Under the pieces are notes generated by a model. The model was given only the letters and a program-made list of their open reading frames with translations, did no database searches and was not told where the DNA came from. Below are positions 18,930 through 28,057 of a stretch of 64,000 bases of DNA, in pieces (within the stretch, counting starts at the first letter, position 1; the number at the start of each line of letters is the position of its first letter). A program made the translations under genes and the position numbers. Source of the stretch: a virus (taxonomy: Duplodnaviria; Caudoviricetes); the IMG/VR virus record IMGVR_UViG_3300043436_004623, positions 1 through 64,000 of that record. One strand, written 5' to 3'.

Positions 18930-19870
18930 ATGTATTTTTGTTTATAATAATCAACAATATGTTGAATTTCTTCATTGAAATCTATTTCAGGTTTCCATCC
19001 AAGAAGTTTTAATTTTTCATCGTTTAAAGCGTATCTTAAATCTTGCCCTTCCCTGTTATAGGATAAATCAATATTTTCATCAATAATTTTATTTGGATAT
19101 AAATTTATTATTTTTTGAAATGTATCATAATTGCTCTGTTCAAAGTTTCCGCATATATTATATATTTCATTTTTTGAATTGCTTTCTATAATTTTTATAA
19201 TTGCCGATGCGGTATCTTTTGCGTGTAGCCAATTCCTAACTGGAGTTCCATTATTATGAAGTGGTAGTTTTTTGCCAAGCATAATATACTTACATGCTTT
19301 AGGAATTAATTTTTCAACGTATTGACCAATTCCATAGTTATTAGTTGGCCTAACAATAACATATGGAATGTCATATGTTCTATTCCACGCAAGAATAAGC
19401 ATATCAGCAGCAGCTTTAGTCGCTGAATATGGGTTGCTTGGTTTTAATAAATCTGTTTCAATATGTTTTCCTTTTTCAATATCTCCATATACTTCGTCTG
19501 TACTAAAATGTAATAATATTGGTTTTTTATTTGTTTCTTGTCTATAGTTTTTTATAAGTTCTAAGATATTATGAACTCCATTTATATTAGATTTAATAAA
19601 TTCATCACTATTTGCAATTGAGTTGCCCACGTGAGTTTCTGCTGCTGTATTAATTATATAATCGCATTCATAAAGAAATTTTAAATCATTAATGTCACAA
19701 TTAATAAATGAAAAATTATCATATTGTTCAAATTCTTTTAAAAGAGTTTTATTCGCCGCATAAGTTATTTTATCAACACCCTTAACGTACCAACCTTTAT
19801 CTAAGCAGGATCTTGTTATGTATGAACCAATAAATCCAAGACATCCAGTTACATATACTACTTTTTTCAT
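18923..19870 (-). CDS. rfbB: dTDP-glucose 4,6-dehydratase (NDP-glucose 4,6-dehydratase)
   Basis: TGCLGFIGS, AAETHV, STDEVYG, NPYSATK, RPTNNYG, EKLIP. Confidence 0.88.
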   Translation of the reverse strand: MKKVVYVTGCLGFIGSYITRSCLDKGWYVKGVDKITYAANKTLLKEFEQYDNFSFINCDINDLKFLYECDYIINTAAETHVGNSIANSDEFIKSNINGVHNILELIKNYRQETNKKPILLHFSTDEVYGDIEKGKHIETDLLKPSNPYSATKAAADMLILAWNRTYDIPYVIVRPTNNYGIGQYVEKLIPKACKYIMLGKKLPLHNNGTPVRNWLHAKDTASAIIKIIESNSKNEIYNICGNFEQSNYDTFQKIINLYPNKIIDENIDLSYNREGQDLRYALNDEKLKLLGWKPEIDFNEEIQHIVDYYKQKYIW

Positions 19871-21189
19871 TATAGATTTATAAAATTATTTAGAGTTTTT
19901 TCAATATAATCTAATTGTTCAGAAGTAATAATTGGGCTTGTACCAAGAAAAAATGTATCTGTAGTAACTTTTCTTGCATTCGGAAAATTATTAATAATTT
20001 CATTTGAACTCATTAATCCTTCATAAGCTGGTTGTAACATAATATTTCCAGCAAAATAAGGTCTTGTTTGAATTTTATTATTTTCAAAAAAATCAACTAT
20101 ATCCATTCTTTTAAATGGAGCATTATCTTTAATTGTAATAGCAAATGCAAACCAATTAGGATCGCTTTTTTCTGTAGCTTTTGGTATAATAAAATACTCT
20201 TCATATTTAAAAAATATTTCACATAGTCTTTTATGATTAGCTTTTCTTTTTTCTGCAATTTCTGGAAGCTTTTTTAATTGTTCAAGACCCATTGCTGCTT
20301 GTAATTCAATCGGTTTCATATTATAACCAATTTCATCATATACATATTTATGATCAAAAATTTCATTTGGAAGAGATGGAAGCCAATTAGAGAAACGGTT
20401 GCCACAAGATCCATTCTTGTGGAGTCCAGCCTTCATACCAACACAATAACAACCTCTACCCCATTCTCTGAAGCTTCTAATTACTGTTTCTTGATTATGA
20501 GTATTACATGCGACAAAGCCCCCTTCTCCCATTGTTATGTGATGGGCGGGATAAAATGAGCAACTAGAGAACTCTCCAAATGATCCTAAATATTTTCCAT
20601 CATAAGTAGAACCTAGAGCATCACAGCAATCTTCCAATAGGATTAAATCATACTGTTTAACAATGCGCATTAATTCATCCATATTAGGAGGGTTTCCAAG
20701 TACATGTGCGAAAGTGATCACTTTTGCGCCTTCTTTTGCTTTTTCTTCTACTTGAGCTAAGTTTAAATTTAGAGTATCTAAATCAATATCGACAAAAATA
20801 GGTTCAAATCCAACTTGAAAAATCGCATTAATAGTAGTAGGGAATCCAGCTATTGGTGTTATAACTTTTGTTCCTTTAGGTAAATTGTAAAGTCTTTTCG
20901 ATGTTAATGCCGACATCATGATTAAATTAGAACTGCTTCCACTATTAGTTAATATTCCGAATTGCTTATTAAATAGTTTAGAAAACTTATTTTCAAAAGA
21001 AAGACCCTTGGAGCCTAAAACTAACCAACCATTTAATAGAGACTCAATAGATGCAGTGTATTCTAATTCATTAAAATATGGACCAGCATATTGAACCCAG
21101 TCTTTTCCAGCTTCCCATTTTTTATTATTATGTTTTTTTTGTATATAAATAGAAATTTTATCTAAAATGTCATTTAATTCAGAATCCAT
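19870..21189 (-). CDS. rfbH: NDP-4-keto-6-deoxyglucose 3-dehydrase (RfbH/DdhC, E1)
   Basis: DegT-family fold with SFYPAHHITMGEGG (His in place of the PLP Lys) and a Cys cluster GRGCYC...SC; also HKYVY. Confidence 0.88.
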   Translation of the reverse strand: MDSELNDILDKISIYIQKKHNNKKWEAGKDWVQYAGPYFNELEYTASIESLLNGWLVLGSKGLSFENKFSKLFNKQFGILTNSGSSSNLIMMSALTSKRLYNLPKGTKVITPIAGFPTTINAIFQVGFEPIFVDIDLDTLNLNLAQVEEKAKEGAKVITFAHVLGNPPNMDELMRIVKQYDLILLEDCCDALGSTYDGKYLGSFGEFSSCSFYPAHHITMGEGGFVACNTHNQETVIRSFREWGRGCYCVGMKAGLHKNGSCGNRFSNWLPSLPNEIFDHKYVYDEIGYNMKPIELQAAMGLEQLKKLPEIAEKRKANHKRLCEIFFKYEEYFIIPKATEKSDPNWFAFAITIKDNAPFKRMDIVDFFENNKIQTRPYFAGNIMLQPAYEGLMSSNEIINNFPNARKVTTDTFFLGTSPIITSEQLDYIEKTLNNFINL

Positions 21190-21198
21190 ACAAAATAG

Positions 21199-21227
21199 AA
21201 TATAATATAAATAAAATCAAATGTCAA
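21199..21227 (-). promoter_or_regulatory. sigma70-type promoter
   Basis: TTGACA, 17-nt spacer, TATATT, then 9 nt to the ATG at 21189. Confidence 0.6.
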
Positions 21228-22064
21228 TTATTTTTTTAATTTATAATAATGTGAATGCTTATTCGAAAGATATATTTTATTTCTATACACAATATCAGCA
21301 TATTTTAAATGGTATTCTTTACTGGGATCTTTTGGGCTTCTTGTTCCGCCCCAATCAAGCAAGCTTTTAAATTTAATTCCAAAAATAGCATTTTTATAAC
21401 CTTTTTGATTTAATCTGATTGATAAATCTAAATCATCATGTCCAAATGGAGCAAGATTTTCATCAAATAATCCAATTTCATCTAAAATTGATTTTTTAAT
21501 ACATGTTGGACTTTTAATTACAATTTCACAAAATGAAAATTGTTTATTCTTGAATTCTTGAAAATGATTTAAATTCAATTGGTTCCAATGACCACATTCA
21601 GACTCTAAAAACGAATGTTCAAAAAGAATACCATTACTATCTAAATTAGTAGATAATCCACATCTAAAAGAAATATATCCAAGATTTTTTATATTTTTGT
21701 ATAAATCATCTATATCTTCGTTTATATTTATGCCTTCTAAAACAACATCATCCTGTAAAAAGAAAACTAAATCTTCTTTTGACGTTTCAATTGTTTCCAA
21801 GTATTTTATTGCGGAATTCAAAGAAAGAAGTTCATGCACATCATTTTCATAAATTTTATGAAGTTTATATTTATTTGAAAAAGATAAAAAACAATCATCT
21901 ATATTTTTTTCAGAATTGTCGATGCATCCATCTAATACACATATAATATTTATATTAAATAAAGAATTTTCTGTAGCTTTTCGTATACCTTTTAAAACAT
22001 CAGATATCAAATCTTCTTTGTTATGAATTGTAATTATATAATGAGCTGTTTTTTTATTTTTCAT
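21228..22064 (-). CDS. Glycosyltransferase, GT2-like (GT-A)
   Basis: YIITIHN...VLDGCID, FFLQDD, PFGHDDLDLSIR. Confidence 0.8.
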   Translation of the reverse strand: MKNKKTAHYIITIHNKEDLISDVLKGIRKATENSLFNINIICVLDGCIDNSEKNIDDCFLSFSNKYKLHKIYENDVHELLSLNSAIKYLETIETSKEDLVFFLQDDVVLEGININEDIDDLYKNIKNLGYISFRCGLSTNLDSNGILFEHSFLESECGHWNQLNLNHFQEFKNKQFSFCEIVIKSPTCIKKSILDEIGLFDENLAPFGHDDLDLSIRLNQKGYKNAIFGIKFKSLLDWGGTRSPKDPSKEYHLKYADIVYRNKIYLSNKHSHYYKLKK

Positions 22065-23025
22065 TTGTTTTGAGATCTTGTATCCAATTTTTTAAATTTT
22101 TTAATTCTTCTATTTTTGTAATTTTTAATTTAAACAGTAAATCATATATAAACAATAAACAGTCTTCAATTGATTTGTTTTTTAAATTAATGTTATTAAA
22201 TTCTTCCATAATTATTGGTAAATTTTTATACATTGAAATTTCTCCAATAAAATCTTTAAAATAATCATGAGCATTTCTTATTTGATAAGTATTAGGAGAA
22301 TGAAAACCAAGTTTATAATCAAATTCCCACATTATTCTTTGAGCTACATAAGATCTTAAAATATCTGTAAATCTAAAATCAACTGTAATAGGAATATAAA
22401 GTAAAGAATTTAATTCTTTATTCCATAATGTGCTTTGAGAATTAAATGGACTATAACAAAATTCATTAATTGATATATTAATATCATTATTAAATTTAAT
22501 ATGTTTATTATTTGTTAATCTATAAATTGCATCAAAATCTGAATCATCATCTATAATTCCTTGCCACACACCAATTTTCGAAATATTACTTTCTTTAGTG
22601 TATTGATTTTTTTTATTGATTAAAGATAATGGAGTTCCTCTAGGCCAACATTTTTCATTTGTAAAAAACTCAAATGGATTAATAAATGCAGATCCTTTGA
22701 TATTGTTTTTGCAAATAAAATCATTCACTTCCCAGGATTCATAAGGAAATGTATCATCATCTGTATCATAAATTAAATTTGCATTATTTTTAATAGCATA
22801 TAAATATCCAAGATTTTTTCTTGAATAATGATTCATTGGAGTTGTATCAAAACTTAATAGATTTAAATTTTTTTGATCATTTATATCTAAAAATGTTACA
22901 TTATCATAGTCATAATGATTGCTTTTGCTATCTCCAACTATTACAACATGCCAATTTTTTATTTTAGAAAACTTTTTTACAGCTTCTGTGATTGGATTTA
23001 TGGAAGTAATTATTATATAATTCAT
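22054..23025 (-). CDS. STELLO-like glycosyltransferase
   Basis: VVIVGDSKS, NHYSRKNLGYLYAI, IYDTDDD, CWPRG, PFNSQST, FTDILRSY. Confidence 0.75.
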   Translation of the reverse strand: MNYIIITSINPITEAVKKFSKIKNWHVVIVGDSKSNHYDYDNVTFLDINDQKNLNLLSFDTTPMNHYSRKNLGYLYAIKNNANLIYDTDDDTFPYESWEVNDFICKNNIKGSAFINPFEFFTNEKCWPRGTPLSLINKKNQYTKESNISKIGVWQGIIDDDSDFDAIYRLTNNKHIKFNNDINISINEFCYSPFNSQSTLWNKELNSLLYIPITVDFRFTDILRSYVAQRIMWEFDYKLGFHSPNTYQIRNAHDYFKDFIGEISMYKNLPIIMEEFNNINLKNKSIEDCLLFIYDLLFKLKITKIEELKNLKNWIQDLKTNEK

Positions 23026-23033
23026 AATTTATT

Positions 23034-23786
23034 TTATTTTATTTTTTGCCAAACTCTATTATGACCACAAGCAAATAAATGTTTGTAATTTTCATCTTTA
23101 CTTATAGAGTGTTCTATTGCTAATCCAACATCATGATGACCATTGAATCTATTTGGCATTTTGTACATATTTAAAAATGATGAAGCATCATCCATCACTA
23201 AAAATCCATTAGTTTTTAGCAGTTTATCGCATAAATTAATATCACTTATCACTGTTTCATAATCATGTCCACCATCAATATAAATTATATCATATTGACC
23301 ATTTTTAATTGCTTGTATTTGTGCGTCAATATTAGTAGATAATCCTTTTATAATATTTACTTTTGAAAAATCTAATTTAAATTCTGAAAATAAAAATTCT
23401 ATACATTTTTTATAATCTTCTGGTGGGTATTCAGAATATTTATCGCTTGCATTATATAATGGTGTTAATCCGTATGTTTGAATATCTTTATTTAAATAGT
23501 CTGAACATATTTGTGAGAGAGCCAAGATAGATCCTTTGTATACACCTATTTCTAAAAATTTACCATTTTGAGGTATTTGAGAAAATAATAATAGCCATAA
23601 ATATCTAAAAGCTTTTTCTCCATATCCATAGTTTAATATTGAAATAGTTTTATTATGATGATTTAAAACGTCATAATCATTGACTTTTGATTCAAAATAT
23701 TCATAAATTTCATTATTAAATACTTCTGTATTTTTCCAATTTTTAGAGAATTTTTTAAAATCTTCTTGTAATTCTTGTTTATTCAT
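23034..23786 (-). CDS. Class I SAM-dependent methyltransferase
   Basis: FLEIGVYKG, DIIYIDGGHDYE, LVMDD. Confidence 0.82.
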   Translation of the reverse strand: MNKQELQEDFKKFSKNWKNTEVFNNEIYEYFESKVNDYDVLNHHNKTISILNYGYGEKAFRYLWLLLFSQIPQNGKFLEIGVYKGSILALSQICSDYLNKDIQTYGLTPLYNASDKYSEYPPEDYKKCIEFLFSEFKLDFSKVNIIKGLSTNIDAQIQAIKNGQYDIIYIDGGHDYETVISDINLCDKLLKTNGFLVMDDASSFLNMYKMPNRFNGHHDVGLAIEHSISKDENYKHLFACGHNRVWQKIK

Positions 23787-23788
23787 AA

Positions 23789-24646
23789 TTATTTTTGTTT
23801 TATAAAAGATACATAATGATTATAATCTATATTTGATATATTCCATCTTGATCTATATATATCAGTTTCAAAATTTAAATTTTTGGATGAATGGATTATT
23901 TTAAATGGTATTTTTTTCCCATCAACAAATAAATTACATTTATTTGCTTCATCATCATGATACTGTATATCTAAATTCAATTGTCTTACTAATATGCTAT
24001 ATAAAGTTTGATCATGCCTTCCCGTTCCCCAACCATTAGGACAAGTTCCATTATCTATAAAATTATTAATATCTTTGCATAATTCATACATTGGGTCAAT
24101 TAGGGAATTTTTAATTTTTCTAGAAACCCCTTGAAATCCAGCATCAATTCCAAAAATATCATCATTTAAAATCCAAGAATTTTCTTTTGAATTTAAATTG
24201 AATTTTTTTATGATATTATCTGTTGTCATCCATTTTATAGAATGTCCACAATCAAATAATAAATATCCATTTTGTTCTATATGTTTAAAAAGATTTTTTA
24301 AGCATTTTAGTATTGTTGTTCCAGAATCTAGATATAAAATATTTTCGTGAATATCAATAGATTGTTTAATTATAACAGGTTTCCATGAAAATAATCCTTT
24401 AACTTTTCTATTAATATCTGTTTGTAAATCTTCAATAATATATGGATTTATTTTTTCTACTTGATATACATTGGTATATTTAATTGAATTAATTTTATTA
24501 ATACTATCTTGTGAAAGACCTAAATCATAAACCATTATTTCGCCTATATCATTTTCATTATGTTTGAAAATGCTTCCTATTAAATTAAACAATAAAGGCA
24601 AGTGTTTATCATCACTAGCTATGCAGAAATTAATTTTATTTTTCAT
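23789..24646 (-). CDS. Putative glycosyltransferase (GT-A)
   Basis: MVYDLGLS, FSWKPVII, LYLDSG, RHDQT. Confidence 0.7.
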   Translation of the reverse strand: MKNKINFCIASDDKHLPLLFNLIGSIFKHNENDIGEIMVYDLGLSQDSINKINSIKYTNVYQVEKINPYIIEDLQTDINRKVKGLFSWKPVIIKQSIDIHENILYLDSGTTILKCLKNLFKHIEQNGYLLFDCGHSIKWMTTDNIIKKFNLNSKENSWILNDDIFGIDAGFQGVSRKIKNSLIDPMYELCKDINNFIDNGTCPNGWGTGRHDQTLYSILVRQLNLDIQYHDDEANKCNLFVDGKKIPFKIIHSSKNLNFETDIYRSRWNISNIDYNHYVSFIKQK

Positions 24647-25475
24647 ATATATTCATTCCCCAATCTCCTAAATTTGGAATATTATATTTTTGCGTTTGTT
24701 CTTTAATAAATTGCAATTTATAATTGTCTTTATCTAATAATTTAGAATAAATATTTGGATCTATCTTTAGATTGTATGAAAATTTAGAAAGTTTCCAATC
24801 AAAGTCATTAACCGAACTGTCGTATGCTGAACGTGGAACAGTATTTATATTATGATTTAAATTATTAATATAATCTGTTATTTTCCAAAAATATTGTTTT
24901 ATTGCGGCAGTTTTTTTATCTAGCCACTGTAAATGAGCAATAAATAATGAGTTCTTATCAAATATTAGATTATTATTTGTGCTTGGTAAATGAGTTGAAT
25001 GCATTTGAGCATAATTAAATAATGCTCTATGTTCATAAGAGCCAATCCTATCCATTAAATTATTTTCCCAAGGGCCATCTATTCTTATAGTGTCAATATC
25101 TGTGTATTGAATCCAATTCAAATGAAATGTACAATCTCTATTATTTTCTAATATATATTCTAATTCTTTTTTATCAATGTTCCCATCTAAATATTCATCA
25201 GAATCTAAACATATAATATTTTTAGAATATTTAAATGCCTCATCATATAGAGCTTGTCTTATATCGGTTTCTATAAATAATTCATGATCTTCTCTATGAG
25301 AAGATAAGATGCTTAATATATTATATTTTTCTTTATTTTCTTGTAAAAACTCATATGTTTCATCATTAGAATTATCTACAAAAAATACAAAGGAGTCTGC
25401 ATATTTTTGCCATATAGGAAGCATTTCTCTTAATAAGAAAAGCTCATTTCTAGTCATTGTTATTTGAGTGATCAT
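24636..25475 (-). CDS. Putative glycosyltransferase (GT2-like)
   Basis: VFFVDNSNDET and the DxD motif ICLDSDEY. Confidence 0.7.
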   Translation of the reverse strand: MITQITMTRNELFLLREMLPIWQKYADSFVFFVDNSNDETYEFLQENKEKYNILSILSSHREDHELFIETDIRQALYDEAFKYSKNIICLDSDEYLDGNIDKKELEYILENNRDCTFHLNWIQYTDIDTIRIDGPWENNLMDRIGSYEHRALFNYAQMHSTHLPSTNNNLIFDKNSLFIAHLQWLDKKTAAIKQYFWKITDYINNLNHNINTVPRSAYDSSVNDFDWKLSKFSYNLKIDPNIYSKLLDKDNYKLQFIKEQTQKYNIPNLGDWGMNIYEK

Positions 25476-26161
25476 TTATAGTTATTTTGAATTTCTTTAT
25501 CTTCTTCTTGTGCTAATTGCATATTCAATACAGAAACCGATTCTTCTCTATAAAAATATGAACCAATGAATTCTGGTATCTTTTTAAATTTATAGTTATT
25601 TTTAGAAAGTTTTAGCCACATATCATAATCACTAGATGATTTATATTTTTCATTAAAATAATTACACTCCTCAATGGCTGATTTTTTTACAAGAGGAAAT
25701 GGCCCACAAAAACAAAACTGTAATAATAATTCATGAGAATACTCAGGCCAAACTCTAACCCCTGTTAAGTCGTCAACATTTTGAGATTTTATTTGGACGT
25801 GTGATCCATAAAATAAATCTATTTCTGAAAATTTATTAATGTATTTTGAGTAAATGCTTAATGCTGATGGGTATAAAATATCATCCGTATTCCAATTAAC
25901 AATATAATTACCACTTGAGTTTTTAATTCCTATATTCCACGCTTCATAGACGCTGATTCTGGTGGAGCATTCTATAATTTTTATAGAAATGCCATCTCTA
26001 AAATTAAAGTTTTTAATCTTAGATATAGATTCATCTGTTGAATTAGCATCAATGAAAATTATTTCAAAAAAATCTTCTAGTTGATCATTTACATAATTTA
26101 AAAATTTATCTAAAAAATTAGAAGAATTATATACAGAAGTTATTACTGAAATCTTATTCAT
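25472..26161 (-). CDS. Glycosyltransferase family 2
   Basis: ISVITSVYN, FIDANSTD, WNTDD, DYDMWL. The start is moved to 26161, giving an ATGA overlap. Confidence 0.85.
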   Translation of the reverse strand: MNKISVITSVYNSSNFLDKFLNYVNDQLEDFFEIIFIDANSTDESISKIKNFNFRDGISIKIIECSTRISVYEAWNIGIKNSSGNYIVNWNTDDILYPSALSIYSKYINKFSEIDLFYGSHVQIKSQNVDDLTGVRVWPEYSHELLLQFCFCGPFPLVKKSAIEECNYFNEKYKSSSDYDMWLKLSKNNYKFKKIPEFIGSYFYREESVSVLNMQLAQEEDKEIQNNYK

Positions 26162-27009
26162 GCTTGTTCTATTTTTTGCCAAAATAGCTGAGAGGCATTT
26201 TGACAGTTTTCTTTAAAAACTAATGATCCTTTATTTAAAAATTCTTTTAAACTTCCTATTTTAGATTGATCACCAATAAATTGGCATCCACATAATAAAG
26301 CTTCTGCGATCATCCTGCAAAATGGTTCATTTACAACTGGGGAATGGTAAACATATTTAGATTTTTTAAATATATTTGATATCTCAGAATGAGATACTTT
26401 ATCATGTATTTTTACATTTGTCAATGGAGATAATTGATTAAATATATTTTGATCTTGAGTCCAACCAAATATATCTATATTTCTATTTGGATTTTTTTTA
26501 CAAAATTCAATTAAATTATCTGATCCTTTAAGCGGGTGAATAAACCCACAATAAACTATATCATATATTTTCTCAGAACCGTCTTCATAAAATAAAGACG
26601 TATCTATTGGATCGTAAACTATTTCTATATTATTAAAATAATCCCCATAGTTGCTTTTAAAAAAAGATGCATGAAATTCAGATAAAAAGAAATTTATTTT
26701 TGATGATGTAAATATTTTTTTACGCAATTCATCGTCTAAATAAGAACAAGAATCGTGCTCAAGGCGAACATGATTTTCATGATTTAAAATAAAATCAATT
26801 AGATATTTAGAAGTTTGATTAATAGCCTCTAAATTAGAACTTATCACTAGATCATATCTAGAAATTAAATTTAATGGAGACGAGTCATAATTATGTAATG
26901 TAATATTATGACCAAGTTCAATACCTTTTTTAATAATTAAATCATTACTAACTTGAGAACCACCAGAGTTATGGTTTAAGCTAAAGTCTGAAATAAAAAG
27001 AATATTCAT
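26158..27009 (-). CDS. Glycosyltransferase, GT-B (GT4-like)
   Basis: IVYCGFIHPLKG and EPFCRMIAEALLCG (Ex7E). Upstream there is TTGAAG, a 17-nt spacer, then TGGTATAAT. Confidence 0.8.
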   Translation of the reverse strand: MNILFISDFSLNHNSGGSQVSNDLIIKKGIELGHNITLHNYDSSPLNLISRYDLVISSNLEAINQTSKYLIDFILNHENHVRLEHDSCSYLDDELRKKIFTSSKINFFLSEFHASFFKSNYGDYFNNIEIVYDPIDTSLFYEDGSEKIYDIVYCGFIHPLKGSDNLIEFCKKNPNRNIDIFGWTQDQNIFNQLSPLTNVKIHDKVSHSEISNIFKKSKYVYHSPVVNEPFCRMIAEALLCGCQFIGDQSKIGSLKEFLNKGSLVFKENCQNASQLFWQKIEQA

Positions 27010-27029
27010 GCGAATGCATGATTATACCA

Positions 27030-28013
27030 TTAAAGCTCTTCTTCTTCAAAAAAATCTTCAATATTTTCAAGATCTGGGTTTTCTGTAAAAATTTGATCTT
27101 GATCAATGAATGTAGAATCATCCCATCCCCAATCCAATCCATCATCATCACTTAATAAAAGCTCTTCAGCAGATGCCATTGACGAAACAGGTTTAGCTGA
27201 CCAGAATTTACAGCTCCAATAACGAGCTTTCCATTTTGGTCCGACATTAGTATCACATTGATGACGTGCTCTAAAACTTTTTCTACGTTCTGGATCGTCA
27301 CGACGAATTTCCATATTTGGATCACCAAATTTAACCATTACGGTGTTGCCTTTATCATTTTTAACATAAACGCCAAATTTCTTATTTGATCCACTTGGTA
27401 ATCTAAATGGTTTATTAAGAGTCTTTTTTTCAGCTTCAGAATAGTCGATATCATCTAATTCAATATCACCTTCTTCTTCAATATCCACACCAGCTTTAAC
27501 TAAGTCAATACGAGCTAAATCAAAATCAATTGAATCGAATTCCCAAAAACAATCTTCTGGTTTTTGTTCATAGTAAAGTTCCTCACCTCTAGCAACATCT
27601 TGATCTGCGGCACGATAAGAATCTTTAACTTTACCACCTTTCTGCATTTTTAAAAACATATTGACTCTGGCCATTGCCCAGCTATTTCTAGTCTGGCCAG
27701 GTCTATGAGAAACGGAAAATGCTCCAAGTCCACGACGATAGACTTTTTTAAGTTGATTTAAAGTAACTTTTTTATCATATTTTTCATTATGATCAGAGAC
27801 TTTCTGCTTTAAAGAGTTAATTACTTTTTCAGTAAAAGTAATTTTTGAATCAGAATCTGAAGATGCTGAATCTGGTTTATTTTTTTCTGAACCCTTTCTA
27901 CGCTCAGATGGTTTAGAAGGTGTTTGCGCTCCACTTTTTGGTCCAGGTCTTGATGCTGCATCAGACTCGACTCCAAAAAAACTTCTTAATTTAGATGAAA
28001 AATCAACTTCCAT
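27030..28013 (-). CDS. Conserved phage protein, probably virion-associated
   Basis: 327 aa with two basic modules (VYRRGLGA...WAMARVN and KFGDPNMEIRRDDPERRKSFRARHQC...YWSC) separated by acidic linkers; GTGTAA lies 10 nt upstream. Confidence 0.7.
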   Translation of the reverse strand: MEVDFSSKLRSFFGVESDAASRPGPKSGAQTPSKPSERRKGSEKNKPDSASSDSDSKITFTEKVINSLKQKVSDHNEKYDKKVTLNQLKKVYRRGLGAFSVSHRPGQTRNSWAMARVNMFLKMQKGGKVKDSYRAADQDVARGEELYYEQKPEDCFWEFDSIDFDLARIDLVKAGVDIEEEGDIELDDIDYSEAEKKTLNKPFRLPSGSNKKFGVYVKNDKGNTVMVKFGDPNMEIRRDDPERRKSFRARHQCDTNVGPKWKARYWSCKFWSAKPVSSMASAEELLLSDDDGLDWGWDDSTFIDQDQIFTENPDLENIEDFFEEEEL

Positions 28014-28057
28014 TATATTAATGTTACACTTTTTTTAAAAAAAATATATCTTTTTTA

